From a virus (taxonomy: Duplodnaviria > Caudoviricetes): a DNA stretch of 57,411 nt. A program made the translations under genes and the position numbers. The notes beneath the pieces are model-generated. The model was not told where the DNA came from, searched no databases, and saw only the letters and a list, made by a program, of their open reading frames with translations. The stretch is taken from the IMG/VR virus record IMGVR_UViG_3300020001_000001, positions 1-57,411 of that record, one strand, 5' to 3'. Positions 28,701 through 37,433 of the stretch are shown piece by piece; position 1 is the stretch's first letter; each line of letters starts with the position of its first letter.

Positions 28701-31322
28701 CATGTTAACGACGGCGGTTGTGAACTGTTCGATACGTTCGGAACTGAGGTTCTGCCCAAGGAACGTCTTAACCGCCGTACCGGCCTCCGCGAACGAGAGG
28801 CCGAGACGCTCCGCTTGACGTTGGAGGCCAAGTAACACCGCGCTTGACCGGCCCGTGGCGTCAACTGTACCGGCGAGGGCCGCATTGAAACTGCGTAATG
28901 CGCCTTCCGCGGAGTACACACGCTCCAGGGACAGAACGATAAGCCCGATTGCGGTGGCGACCGGAGCGCCGATAAGTAACATCGTCCGCATCGCGGAGAT
29001 GGACGTTTCGAAGATTTGGAAAATCTGCCCGGCCTGAGACTCGAACGTACGCAAGACGCCCTGGCCCAGAGACAACTGCGTGATAACGTCGTTCGCCTGG
29101 AAACTTAAATTCTGGAGTTGGTACGAGGACAGGCCGAACAATCCGGGGTTGCCTTGCGTCGCGCGAGACTGCACGGTCGCGAGCCGCGTGGCCGACGCTA
29201 TCAACTTATCGGTTTCCGCCGTCAGGTTCGCCGTGCTGATCCTTCGCACCAGCAACGCAGCGTCCACTTGCGCTTGTTGCGTGACCTGACCCTGGAGATT
29301 TCCCCGGCTCGTCTCCAGCGTGCGCTCCGCTCGCGCCAGTTCGCTGACATCAGCCGAACCGGCTTTCACCGCCGCACCGAGACGCACGACCTCCGCTTGC
29401 GCCGCCGTGAAAGACGCGCGGGCGGCGTCCGTTGCGGTCTTCTGTCGCGTAAATTGGTCAATCAGGCTGGCATCGCTCGCGATCTGCCGCTGCACCGCGT
29501 AGACCTGATCCATCGTCTTGTTGAACGTCTGCGTCGTCATCTGCGCTTTGCCGACGCTCGCGTCCAGTTTATCGACCGCCGCAGCCGTATCGACAATCGG
29601 GGCCACACCGCGCTCCGTCGCTCCGGCGACTGCGGATACCGCGCTTCTCGCGGACGGCGCACTCGTTCCGGCAACCGGCGCCGTGAGCGAACTCGCGGCA
29701 CGTACGCGCGCGTCAACCTGTGCGTCGAGTGCGGTTTTCTCCAGGGCCAAGGCTTCTCGACGGAGGCGCGATGTCGTGACTGCGAGGTTCGTATAGCGGA
29801 TCAAGGCATCGTCGAGAGTGCCGACCGTCACCCCGATCTTGTTTAGCGCGGCTTCCTCTGCGGCCAACGCTTCCCGCTCTTGCTGCGCCCTGTTCGCGAG
29901 CGGATCGACGCTGCGGCGAAGCGCCGTCGTTCTGGAAGTAACTTCCGAAAGTTGGTCAGGGTTCGTGATCGTCTTCGCGGACGCCTCCAGTCGGGCGATC
30001 TCCGCGACCACGTCATCGAACGCCTTGCGCGCGGCGTCCGCCGCAGCCTTCTGTCGGGCGAAGCTGTCTACAATTTGAGACTGACGCCCTAGTTCGCGCG
30101 AAGCCACGTCGAGACGTTTCAACCCTTGCGTGTATTCGTCTACCCCGGCACCCGCAGAGTAGAGTGTCGAATGAACCTTAAACACCGCTGATTGCAAACC
30201 CGCCAAATCGGCAGGGGTCGTGCCGGGGCTTGGAGGGGGCACCAAGCCCGCTTGCACCCTCGCAGCTAGGGTAGGCGCGGGGGAAGGCACCGGGACGCCC
30301 AGCGCTCCGGCTCGGCTGGCCGCATCGGCGTGTAGCGAGGCGACCTGTCCCTGCGCCTTCTGCACGGTCGCCCGGAAGGCGTCAAAGGACTCCCGCGCCT
30401 TCACCGCCGCCGCGTCCTCTGCCGCCCATACGGAAGATACTTCCGCCGCAAGCGCCCGCTGTTCCGCCTGAAACTCGGAAGCGTCCTTCGCGCGCCGGTT
30501 CGCCAGCGCCTTCTCCGCATCGGCTACCCGGAAGGCTTCTTCTACGTCGAACCGGCGCGCGTTGAGCGGAGACTGTTTGTCTGCCGCCTCTTGCGCTATG
30601 CGGCCTTTCTCGCGTATGGCCGTCGCCGCGTCCAGTACGGCTTGTTTCTCGCGTTCCTGATCCGCGATGAACTTGGTCGCGTCGCGAGCGCGCTGGTTCG
30701 CTACTTGGTTCTGTACGCCCGCGTCCAGTAGCGCCTTCTGTAGCGGGTCCGCTCCGGCTTTACCCTCGCTGATCCCTTGCGCCGCCTGTAACTGTGCGGC
30801 GGAGATTTCCGCGTGCGCCCTGTCGAGTGCGAGCCGCTGCACTTTCGCGTCAAGCTGATCGGTCAGTACGCCCATGTGGACAAGCTGGTCAGCCGACTTC
30901 TGGAAAGTCGCCGTCAGCGTGTTCAACCGCGTCACCGAACCGGCGAGCGAGTTGTCCAATCGCGTGAGCGCGTTCGTCTGTTTGTCGGTTCGTTCCGTCA
31001 CGTCGGGCAGAGACGCGGCGAAGTCGTCGCGTTTCTGTTGCCGCGTGTCTACGACGGTTTGCTGTTTATCGACTGAAGCCTGTTTGCGGGAGAACGCGTC
31101 AAGCGCCTCCCGCTTCAACAGAAGTTGCCCCGCCGCGTCGATCAAATCTTGCAACGACCTGGCGTAGTCCTTCGTCGAACCGATGCCGTTTGCCGCCGCT
31201 ACTTGTTGTTGCGCGAGCGCAGCGACAAGCTCTTTCACTTTAGTCGTGACTTGTGCAAGCGGCTGGAGCGCCTGATCGACTTGCGCCCGCAGGATCAGAT
31301 CGGTGGAGCGTTCATTCGCCAT
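25776..31322 (-). CDS. Tape measure protein with an embedded NlpC/P60 (TIGR02594-like) peptidase domain
   Basis: 1848 aa, Ala-rich and helical; YQLQNLSFQ.NDV.TQL; AWCAAFAN...GHVGI; HTGG..G..EVP...GEEMLT. Confidence 0.9.
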   Translation of the reverse strand: MANERSTDLILRAQVDQALQPLAQVTTKVKELVAALAQQQVAAANGIGSTKDYARSLQDLIDAAGQLLLKREALDAFSRKQASVDKQQTVVDTRQQKRDDFAASLPDVTERTDKQTNALTRLDNSLAGSVTRLNTLTATFQKSADQLVHMGVLTDQLDAKVQRLALDRAHAEISAAQLQAAQGISEGKAGADPLQKALLDAGVQNQVANQRARDATKFIADQEREKQAVLDAATAIREKGRIAQEAADKQSPLNARRFDVEEAFRVADAEKALANRRAKDASEFQAEQRALAAEVSSVWAAEDAAAVKARESFDAFRATVQKAQGQVASLHADAASRAGALGVPVPSPAPTLAARVQAGLVPPPSPGTTPADLAGLQSAVFKVHSTLYSAGAGVDEYTQGLKRLDVASRELGRQSQIVDSFARQKAAADAARKAFDDVVAEIARLEASAKTITNPDQLSEVTSRTTALRRSVDPLANRAQQEREALAAEEAALNKIGVTVGTLDDALIRYTNLAVTTSRLRREALALEKTALDAQVDARVRAASSLTAPVAGTSAPSARSAVSAVAGATERGVAPIVDTAAAVDKLDASVGKAQMTTQTFNKTMDQVYAVQRQIASDASLIDQFTRQKTATDAARASFTAAQAEVVRLGAAVKAGSADVSELARAERTLETSRGNLQGQVTQQAQVDAALLVRRISTANLTAETDKLIASATRLATVQSRATQGNPGLFGLSSYQLQNLSFQANDVITQLSLGQGVLRTFESQAGQIFQIFETSISAMRTMLLIGAPVATAIGLIVLSLERVYSAEGALRSFNAALAGTVDATGRSSAVLLGLQRQAERLGLSFAEAGTAVKTFLGQNLSSERIEQFTTAVVNMTRAFGITTDEATKKLSIIPTGSIDDLEKLLQEMKLLTPELARYLEAQRDGGTIDAARAATIDAVSEAMKRAKKDGIGPYSDGIVELKNSWHDFLDALGSQEVADKNKGFFKALIDGARGTVDVLSALTKGLTGQGRGGSTDNPALRNAQHDVDTLSDKFRTAFDKYNTLRDELTKQGIETNPLLDRLGRQVDELEKKLISAADKFKLLQLAGQSPEGGPTTGTNAINALAGSAASAALEHRGQTLQAVAPFIGQSIEPIINAWCAAFANAALRAAGIQGTGTNVATDFEKWGVGIANAAEVRAGDILVQSKGHPAGEPGGHVGIATGNFKTGSDGVLLVEMVSGNYGSKVATSFEDPRQLGIRRAGTTQVGSNFPTQTGVMTGNAVPGLTQSANQLEQTRLQRMIDQQLSQEAMGNSALRIARDKAEADAKRREVQAQMDKDRNGLEEDDQSKALRAKLDTDFRSRQKSVRDKEDAQVKQEADAAKRALDDRIANADPTNAAAKRQAALNATQASLDQIAALVAKGVTTIGGMPIEQFRNQVLKLRDQAVDIATAEADKAIVDAAVKERDDRVSKIAADLKAGTITLQQAFDQTAEVVRLSGTRVRAAIAVSNADLRAQPQTARAQERLAANAKIDPNDAKAFETLDAESLTKIGDLISARNDKVKTLNDLVANGHRTQREADAEQIKAYAEAKPVINGLIDSLQKQIDLQRSLGEISPEVYAKMKAAIEKTKASNDDLTASQRKFANEVDQSIVSHALQGFDTLAQAVGNVAAGVGNIGDVAKAVGVAFSQFAAGVLKDIASIIIKQEILNALQSSGAGGGIAKLFNAGAGAAAGAGSAAAESGTFIDTVSTLSAAAHEGGIIGATTMSRSVNPDIFANARRMHTGGVVGLGPQEVPLVGKVGEEMLTANDPRHRNNYTGKPEVTSAPQSIRQVLVMNERDLAGALAGSHGEKTVITHIKNNAGAIRSILGNG

Positions 31323-31535
31323 CGGTCAGTTTCTCCAAGGTCTCTGTCACTTGTTGCCCGGTCCCGTTCACGGCAACGCGGTGTAGCAATGCCTCTGTTC
31401 GCATTCTCGCATGAATGCGCCGTCGCGTAAACCGCACTTCACTCCACAGGCGTCCAAGCGGATACCACGGAGCGTGGTAGTGTCCTTCCGACAGTAGCAA
31501 ACCGACGCAATCGCGAATGTCGCGGTAGTGTCGGA
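31312..31535 (-). CDS. Tail assembly chaperone, frameshift-extended (gpT-like) part
   Basis: The -1 frame is open across the upstream chaperone stop; LLLSEGH..A..YPLG motif; no good independent start. Confidence 0.6.
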
Positions 31536-31985
31536 TTACTGGATCGTCCGCTGGCTTGACTGCGTGGGGTCGGAGGGCTGCGAGCTGGTCGTCAGCACTA
31601 TCGTCCTCAATAGCACCGCGAACCCCAAAGGGCCGCCGACATCCTCGAACGTCAATTCCAACACCTTCAGAACGATCTTCATTTGTAGCGGCATCGACAA
31701 CCGGCTCGCCGCGTCCAGATCGGTTTCCCCGGTCGCGATAAGGATCGTCTTCACGATGGTCGCGGGCGCGTTGATGATGGCGCTGTAGACGCGCGCCTCG
31801 ATATCGTTGTCGTCAGCCGGAAGTAACTTCCGGGTGGCGTCCCAGGACGTGAACAGCATCCGCAAATCCGCAACATGATTGCGGAGCAGCGTTGCGACAT
31901 CGGTCGAGTTGAGACCGCGCACAGTGCAAAGCACTTTTCCGCGATACTCGATGTCGGCTTTTTCGGGAGCGTAGTCACTCAACAT
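31536..31985 (-). CDS. Tail assembly chaperone (gpG-like)
   Basis: TVRGLN..DV..L; LTFEDVGG; lies between major tail and tape measure genes. Confidence 0.8.
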   Translation of the reverse strand: MLSDYAPEKADIEYRGKVLCTVRGLNSTDVATLLRNHVADLRMLFTSWDATRKLLPADDNDIEARVYSAIINAPATIVKTILIATGETDLDAASRLSMPLQMKIVLKVLELTFEDVGGPLGFAVLLRTIVLTTSSQPSDPTQSSQRTIQ

Positions 31986-32003
31986 GGGGGCTTCTCCTGG
32001 CTT

Positions 32004-32039
32004 AAACGAAAAGGGCGGAGCCTCTGACGGCCCCGCCCC
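32004..32039 (-). terminator. Terminator after the major tail gene
   Basis: GGGCGGGGCC-loop-GGCTCCGCCC-TTTTCGTTT. Confidence 0.65.
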
Positions 32040-32064
32040 ACTATACACTCCCGGCGTACCGAAG

Positions 32065-32946
32065 TTAAGAGGCGACGATGTTGCTCGACGTGACGAGTGC
32101 GGAGCCGGTCAGCGCCGCGTTGTCGAACAGTTTGGCGGTGTAGGTCGCCGCCGTGCCGATGACGAACGGCCCCACGAAACCGGCGCTGCCGTGAACCTCG
32201 TGAACCGTTCCGTACGGCGTGGTGCTCTGGAACAGGCTGATATAGCCAACCGTGCCGCCGGTGAGGGTGTAGTGCATGTCGAACGTGATAAACAGATCGA
32301 CAGCCGTCGGCCCGGTGACAGTGCCGCCCGTGGCGAGGTCTGGAGCCGCACCGGCAACCGCCGCGTCGGCGACGGTGAACTCAGCCGTGGCGTCATCCGC
32401 GGCGACGCTGGTGTGGTCCGACATCTCGTACACGTAGACGCGCTGCGTTGCAGCATCGCGCTTCAGGGCTTCCGCCGTGTACGACATGGTCTGCCACGTA
32501 TCACCCTTCAACGCGAGGTTGCCGCTCGGCGTCAGGTTCACGTAGGGAAACCAATAGTTCTTATTGTCGCCAACCGGGTTGTCGGCCTCGAAGGTCAGCG
32601 CGCCGAAGATGGTATCCTGGCGACCGATGACGAGCGCGGAGCCAATGTCGGCCGGCGCATCGCTCGGGAGGGCGTCGGTTGCGTTGCCGCCGAACCAAAG
32701 CGCCAGATTGCCGTTGTCGATATTATCGCAATCGAACGTGAGTGTCAGATCCGTTTGAAGCACGATCGAACGATCCTTGATCTTCAATCCGCCTTCCGAC
32801 GAATAGTGATCCAGCTTCGTATTGCTTTGCGCGATGGTGAATTGCGGCGTGTTGCCGAAGTAGCCACGCGTGCCGCCTGTGGTGGTGCCTTTGGCGTAGG
32901 GCGTGAAGTAGAGTTTGCCCCGACCCAATACCAGATTGTCAACCAT
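32065..32946 (-). CDS. Major tail tube protein with C-terminal extension
   Basis: NLVLGRGKLYF...YFGNTP; NPVG.N..YWFP.V.L.PSG.LALKGD.WQ. Confidence 0.85.
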   Translation of the reverse strand: MVDNLVLGRGKLYFTPYAKGTTTGGTRGYFGNTPQFTIAQSNTKLDHYSSEGGLKIKDRSIVLQTDLTLTFDCDNIDNGNLALWFGGNATDALPSDAPADIGSALVIGRQDTIFGALTFEADNPVGDNKNYWFPYVNLTPSGNLALKGDTWQTMSYTAEALKRDAATQRVYVYEMSDHTSVAADDATAEFTVADAAVAGAAPDLATGGTVTGPTAVDLFITFDMHYTLTGGTVGYISLFQSTTPYGTVHEVHGSAGFVGPFVIGTAATYTAKLFDNAALTGSALVTSSNIVAS

Positions 32947-32974
32947 GACGTGTATCCCTCAGTTGAAGTTACAG

Positions 32975-33493
32975 TTAATCCAGAGCCCAAGGGTCTGAGA
33001 CATCGGCCTTATACCACACCATGAGCGGCAGGTATAGACATTCCGTTCCCCCTGGTTGCGGCGTCGCCGCGCGAATGACGCCGGGTCCGATACGCGCGCT
33101 CGTGAGTAAGCGCCCGAGGCGATAGTCGGATGGATAAACCGGATTGCCCACACCGTTCATCACCACCATTCGCGCGAGGCGCTTCTCCAAGGCACCTTTC
33201 AGTCCGTAGAGGTTGTCGGTCGGCGTGTCTTGCTCCGTCTTCGCCCATCCTTGGATAAGTAAATCGAGGCACTCAACGCGAACCATTTTCTCGAAGCCTG
33301 CTTCGTCGGGCTGCGCGTCGGGCCGCATCGACTCCAAGATGGAGACGAACGGCACCGGCTCGTTATCCCCGAACACCCGCTTGCCGCGAAAGACGCGCCC
33401 CGTCAGGTCAAGGTCATAGCCATTCGCGGGCGTAATCCCGGCGAGCAACGTCGTCAGTCGCTTCAGGATCGTCAGGGTTTTGGTGTCGGCCAT
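32975..33493 (-). CDS. Tail terminator / completion protein
   Basis: ITPANGY..DL...VFRG...FG; gene position. Confidence 0.75.
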   Translation of the reverse strand: MADTKTLTILKRLTTLLAGITPANGYDLDLTGRVFRGKRVFGDNEPVPFVSILESMRPDAQPDEAGFEKMVRVECLDLLIQGWAKTEQDTPTDNLYGLKGALEKRLARMVVMNGVGNPVYPSDYRLGRLLTSARIGPGVIRAATPQPGGTECLYLPLMVWYKADVSDPWALD

Positions 33494-34131
33494 CAGAGCG
33501 CCGCCCCGCTACGGAACGCGAACTGCCGATGAAACTCGTCCTCCAGAGCGGAAGTAACTTCCGGCGCAATTTGGTCGGCCACATCCTGAAACACCTGATC
33601 GACGGACGGCGCGTACAGGAGGAAGATACCGCTATGCCCGCCGTCCTTCTGTGGAACTTCGTATGGCGAATAGCGGTCAACGCCTTTGACGGTTTCGCCG
33701 GGCCGCAACTTGATCGCGAACCCGATACCACCACCAGGGAACTGCCACAGAAACGCGCTCTTGAAGTTCTGCGACGAACCGGGCTTGACGTGAACCGTCA
33801 CGTTACCCGGCTTGCGCACCTGCCCACTCGTGTAGACCGGCGAACCTGGAGCCGCGAACCGGGCAAGCGAGGTCGGACGGTCGCGACCGCTGATCCGCGC
33901 CTCCAACTTGTTCGTGTTCGCGAACTGGCTGACGAACAGCCGATCCGGGCGCTCCAGATATCCTTCGGGGAAGGCGACCTGTTGCGTCATGTTGCGACGG
34001 GCGAGCGCCAACGCGGGACCACGCGCCGTCTCGTTTAGCGCGATGCTCATGGACTCGGCGGCGACGCGAGGGAACGACTCGAAGTACTGTTCGAGGTTCG
34101 CCACACCGGAAGCATCAACGGTTACGGTCAT
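33493..34131 (-). CDS. Neck / tail completion protein
   Basis: RPTSLARFA and LLYAPSVDQVF motifs; gene position. Confidence 0.75.
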   Translation of the reverse strand: MTVTVDASGVANLEQYFESFPRVAAESMSIALNETARGPALALARRNMTQQVAFPEGYLERPDRLFVSQFANTNKLEARISGRDRPTSLARFAAPGSPVYTSGQVRKPGNVTVHVKPGSSQNFKSAFLWQFPGGGIGFAIKLRPGETVKGVDRYSPYEVPQKDGGHSGIFLLYAPSVDQVFQDVADQIAPEVTSALEDEFHRQFAFRSGAAL

Positions 34132-34556
34132 GCGGACTCTCCGGTCATCGCGCCCGTGCCCGCCATCGTTGCCGTAACAGGTGTCTGACGTAGGTACTGC
34201 GTGACGGCCCACTTTTCGTCAATGGGTCCCTCGAACGCATCTCGCGCGTCCAGTTCCAAGATCGCAGGTTGCCCGACAGCGAAATAATCCGAAAACACAA
34301 CGCGGTCGCCGCGAACGGGGGCGACAGCCGTCCCGGCATTAAGAACCGCAAGTTCTTCGCGATTGAAAACGACACGAGAAACGCCCTCCACGATTGTCGC
34401 ATAACCTTCTCCGGCGATATCGCCGCCAAGCACCATGCGACCGTGTAGGCGAGCCGTGCAAGAGAACGTCCCGTCAACAGTAGTCAGCACGCAAGGCACC
34501 GCGAACGTCCGATGAACGTCGCGGCGGCTCTTGGCTTTGATATCGTGGAAAGTCAC
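34128..34556 (-). CDS. Head-tail joining (gpFII-like) protein
   Basis: F.DIKAKSRRDVH..FAVP motif; gene position. Confidence 0.7.
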   Translation of the reverse strand: MTFHDIKAKSRRDVHRTFAVPCVLTTVDGTFSCTARLHGRMVLGGDIAGEGYATIVEGVSRVVFNREELAVLNAGTAVAPVRGDRVVFSDYFAVGQPAILELDARDAFEGPIDEKWAVTQYLRQTPVTATMAGTGAMTGESA

Positions 34557-34864
34557 AGGTTGTCGTCGTCCGCGCCGGCATCCGCGGCGGCTGCGCGACG
34601 ACGTTGCGCGGCGGTCAGCGGCTTCGGCGTTTCTTTCACCTGGACCGGGTCCGCATCTTCGGCATCGACTGGCTCGACCGCGGAAGTAACTTCCGGCTGA
34701 ACGCCAAGGCGCTCGACGACAGCGCGGCGCAGCGCGTGCGGATGCAGGGCCTGGACTTCCGCGACTTCCTCGTCGGTGAACTCAAACGGAACGCCGATTT
34801 TCGGGGTGATGTTCTTGCCGTCGCGACGAACGCGAACGGTGTGGTGGGGGACACGAATGGGCAT
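34553..34864 (-). CDS. Conserved Chi-like protein downstream of the capsid gene
   Basis: HTV.V.RDGK.I.P.IG.PFEFT.EE; GGAG RBS. Confidence 0.7.
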   Translation of the reverse strand: MPIRVPHHTVRVRRDGKNITPKIGVPFEFTDEEVAEVQALHPHALRRAVVERLGVQPEVTSAVEPVDAEDADPVQVKETPKPLTAAQRRRAAAADAGADDDNL

Positions 34865-34890
34865 GACAGTGTTTCTCCGGGGGGTCAGAG

Positions 34891-35448
34891 TTAGACGAAC
34901 TGGCCTTGGTGGTTTCGCGGACGTTCGATTGCCCGAGTAGCGGCGGCGTCGCACAGTATAGCGCGTTCTGCGGGATTACGCCAACGAGCCTTAGCCGCTT
35001 CCGACATTTTAAGTCTTGTGGCGTCGGAAAAGGTTCGCCCCGTTTGCGCTTTTGACATACGTTTACGCGTTGCGTCGCTACGTTTCGCCCCGATATGCAT
35101 TTTACGGATACGCGCCACTTGGGCGGCAGACGCTTTTCTCCACAATCCGAGTTGTGATTGTGCGACACGTCGAAAATTTATCATTCGCGTCGGGCAGCGT
35201 TGAAAAAGTGCATCTAGATACGCCTGTTCACGAGAGATCAATTTTCGAGAAGACGGCACTGTTTCCAAAACGATAAAACGCGGTTCTTCACCTTCTCGGT
35301 CGTAGCACCGCTGCATACGCAGATTGAAATGACGCCCGCGGCGTAATCCGTCAAGGTGTTGCGATCTACGCTTCGTGAAGTTCAACGCCGACCCGATATA
35401 GATCGAGTCAGTTTTACCCCACACGATAGCGTAGATCACGTTGAGCAT
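34891..35448 (-). CDS. Free-standing GIY-YIG homing endonuclease with NUMOD3-like repeats
   Basis: VIYAI......YIGSA....R..QH; REQAYLD; SDATRKRMS / SDATRLKMS. Confidence 0.85.
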   Translation of the reverse strand: MLNVIYAIVWGKTDSIYIGSALNFTKRRSQHLDGLRRGRHFNLRMQRCYDREGEEPRFIVLETVPSSRKLISREQAYLDALFQRCPTRMINFRRVAQSQLGLWRKASAAQVARIRKMHIGAKRSDATRKRMSKAQTGRTFSDATRLKMSEAAKARWRNPAERAILCDAAATRAIERPRNHQGQFV

Positions 35449-35450
35449 CG

Positions 35451-36569
35451 TTACGAAGACGCCGCTACTTTTAGACTAAAAGTGTTGTTCGGGCGCAACG
35501 GAACCATGAGCGGCGCGGACTGCGTCATGGTGTAGGTGACGCTCGGGTCTTCCTCGTCCCACATTTTCGGAAACATGGAAAGCGCCTGGAGTTGTGCGCC
35601 GCGATCCATGATGGCGCCGAAGCACTGAGCGCCGTCAACGATCTCGCCGATGCCGACGACAGTTCCCGAGTCGAAGTACGGAACGCCGACGCCATCGTCG
35701 CCTTCGTAGAAGTTCGAATAGGTCCACATATCGAGTCGGCCGATACCGCCCGTTCCGACCATGCTACCCTGGTAGTTGTACGGCTGGCCGGAATTGATGT
35801 TGGACGCATTGAACAGGGACTCGTTGCCCCGGATCAGGATGTTGAGCAGCGCCTGCACGTCCGCGTGATTGGTCTGTAAGAACGCCGCCCAGGCGTCGAG
35901 GCCGAAGATCAGCGTATTCACCGGCGCACGAGACAGCTTGAACGCCTGAGTACGAGCCGACTGAATGTCGTCCATGACCGTCGCGGTGCTGGCGGTCCAG
36001 AGGGTTGCCCCGCTGTTGACGACCGTCAGGCTGGCATCGCGCCCGAAGTCCACGGTAACGGACGGATAGTCCTCGCCCGCGACTACGACCGAAGCGGACA
36101 CCAGGGCCTGACAGGCCATCCAGTCCCAACGGTTTTCGATCATCTGACGTTCGCGGCGAATGTTGTCCGCGATAATCAGGTCCATGCGCTGTTGCAGGGA
36201 CAGTGTGCCGAGAGGCGCTTCGCCGGCGCGACGCGGCATGGCGCGCGTCGGATCGACGACATGCTTCGGTTTGACGTAGGCGGGACGGAACGACTTCGTG
36301 CTGAAGCCTTTCGACCGCATCGGGCGCCCCTGTACGTTCGGCGCGACGAACGGCGCGAGCCGGTATTCGTTCTCGTCGATCTCGTCAAACAAAATGCGCG
36401 GAGACTGCGAGTTGACCTGCCGGGGGAACCACTTCAGCCAGAAGCCGTCGAGACCCGGCTGGTTCTGCGGAGCGTACAGGACTTCGAGAAGCGTCGCGGT
36501 GTCGAGATACTGTTCGCCGGATACCACTCGCGGTACGAAGACGGGCGACGTAATCAAACTTTTCTTCAT
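35451..36569 (-). CDS. Major capsid protein (lambda gpE family)
   Basis: LAPFVAPNVQGRP; FRPAYVKPKH; TQSAPLMVP. Confidence 0.92.
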   Translation of the reverse strand: MKKSLITSPVFVPRVVSGEQYLDTATLLEVLYAPQNQPGLDGFWLKWFPRQVNSQSPRILFDEIDENEYRLAPFVAPNVQGRPMRSKGFSTKSFRPAYVKPKHVVDPTRAMPRRAGEAPLGTLSLQQRMDLIIADNIRRERQMIENRWDWMACQALVSASVVVAGEDYPSVTVDFGRDASLTVVNSGATLWTASTATVMDDIQSARTQAFKLSRAPVNTLIFGLDAWAAFLQTNHADVQALLNILIRGNESLFNASNINSGQPYNYQGSMVGTGGIGRLDMWTYSNFYEGDDGVGVPYFDSGTVVGIGEIVDGAQCFGAIMDRGAQLQALSMFPKMWDEEDPSVTYTMTQSAPLMVPLRPNNTFSLKVAASS

Positions 36570-36638
36570 GTCGGCATTTCCCTTTCTGCTTACGCGGCCA
36601 ATCGCCTTTCGGGCGAGCGGAAGTTACTTCCGAAGTCG

Positions 36639-37370
36639 TTACGGGTAGGTGATGTTGGTCGAAACTCCGATCGGCTCGCTGATCTGGATATTCGTACGGT
36701 CGAACGCGGCCTGTTGCAGCGCCTTCGTGTTGACGCTGGCGGGCCACACCAGGATATTGCGGTTGAACACGCCGCCCGTGAAGAACGGGATGCCTTCACC
36801 AACCGTCGCGCCTTGCGCCGCGATGCCGATAGCCTTGCTCTCGCCTTCGTCCGTGCCGCCACTAAGGGCCGTTGCGCCGCCGGCGAACGAGAAGCCGGTG
36901 CCGCTTTCGGAGATGGCGATGTTGTTGCCGCCATAGCCGCGCTCCAGGGAGTACACGGTGACGACAGCGCCGGAACGTGTCACGCGACAATGCGTCAGGT
37001 CCATGTTGGCCGGAAGATTGGCGACGGCGGCGAAGTTGGTTGCCGTTGCCGTTGCCGTGCCGCCGATGAGAAAATCGGTGGCCACTGCGGGCGTCGCTGA
37101 AGCGGTAAAGGCGGTGCCATTGATCGTGATCGTGTCGCCAGCGGTGCCGACGCCCGAGAAGGTTCCGGCCTTGTTAGCTGCGCCGTTCAACGGGTCCCAG
37201 GCCACGATCAGACCGTCTTCGTCACGAGCGATGATAGCGAGTTGAACGACTGTCGTCGCGCCACACACTCCGCGATCCGTGATGATGTCGGCTTCCCCGG
37301 CGAACAATTCGGCCGGATCGAATGTGCCTTCGTTGGTGAACCCCATGACGAGGTTGGCGGGATAAGTCAT
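36639..37370 (-). CDS. Head decoration protein with an inserted domain
   Basis: P.ELFAGEADI.T ... GGVFN...LVWP; directly upstream of the capsid gene. Confidence 0.8.
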   Translation of the reverse strand: MTYPANLVMGFTNEGTFDPAELFAGEADIITDRGVCGATTVVQLAIIARDEDGLIVAWDPLNGAANKAGTFSGVGTAGDTITINGTAFTASATPAVATDFLIGGTATATATNFAAVANLPANMDLTHCRVTRSGAVVTVYSLERGYGGNNIAISESGTGFSFAGGATALSGGTDEGESKAIGIAAQGATVGEGIPFFTGGVFNRNILVWPASVNTKALQQAAFDRTNIQISEPIGVSTNITYP

Positions 37371-37433
37371 TTCACAAGTCCCTTTCGTGGACGGAGATCG
37401 TGTTTACGCGTCGCGCGCGACGGCGTCAAGCGG

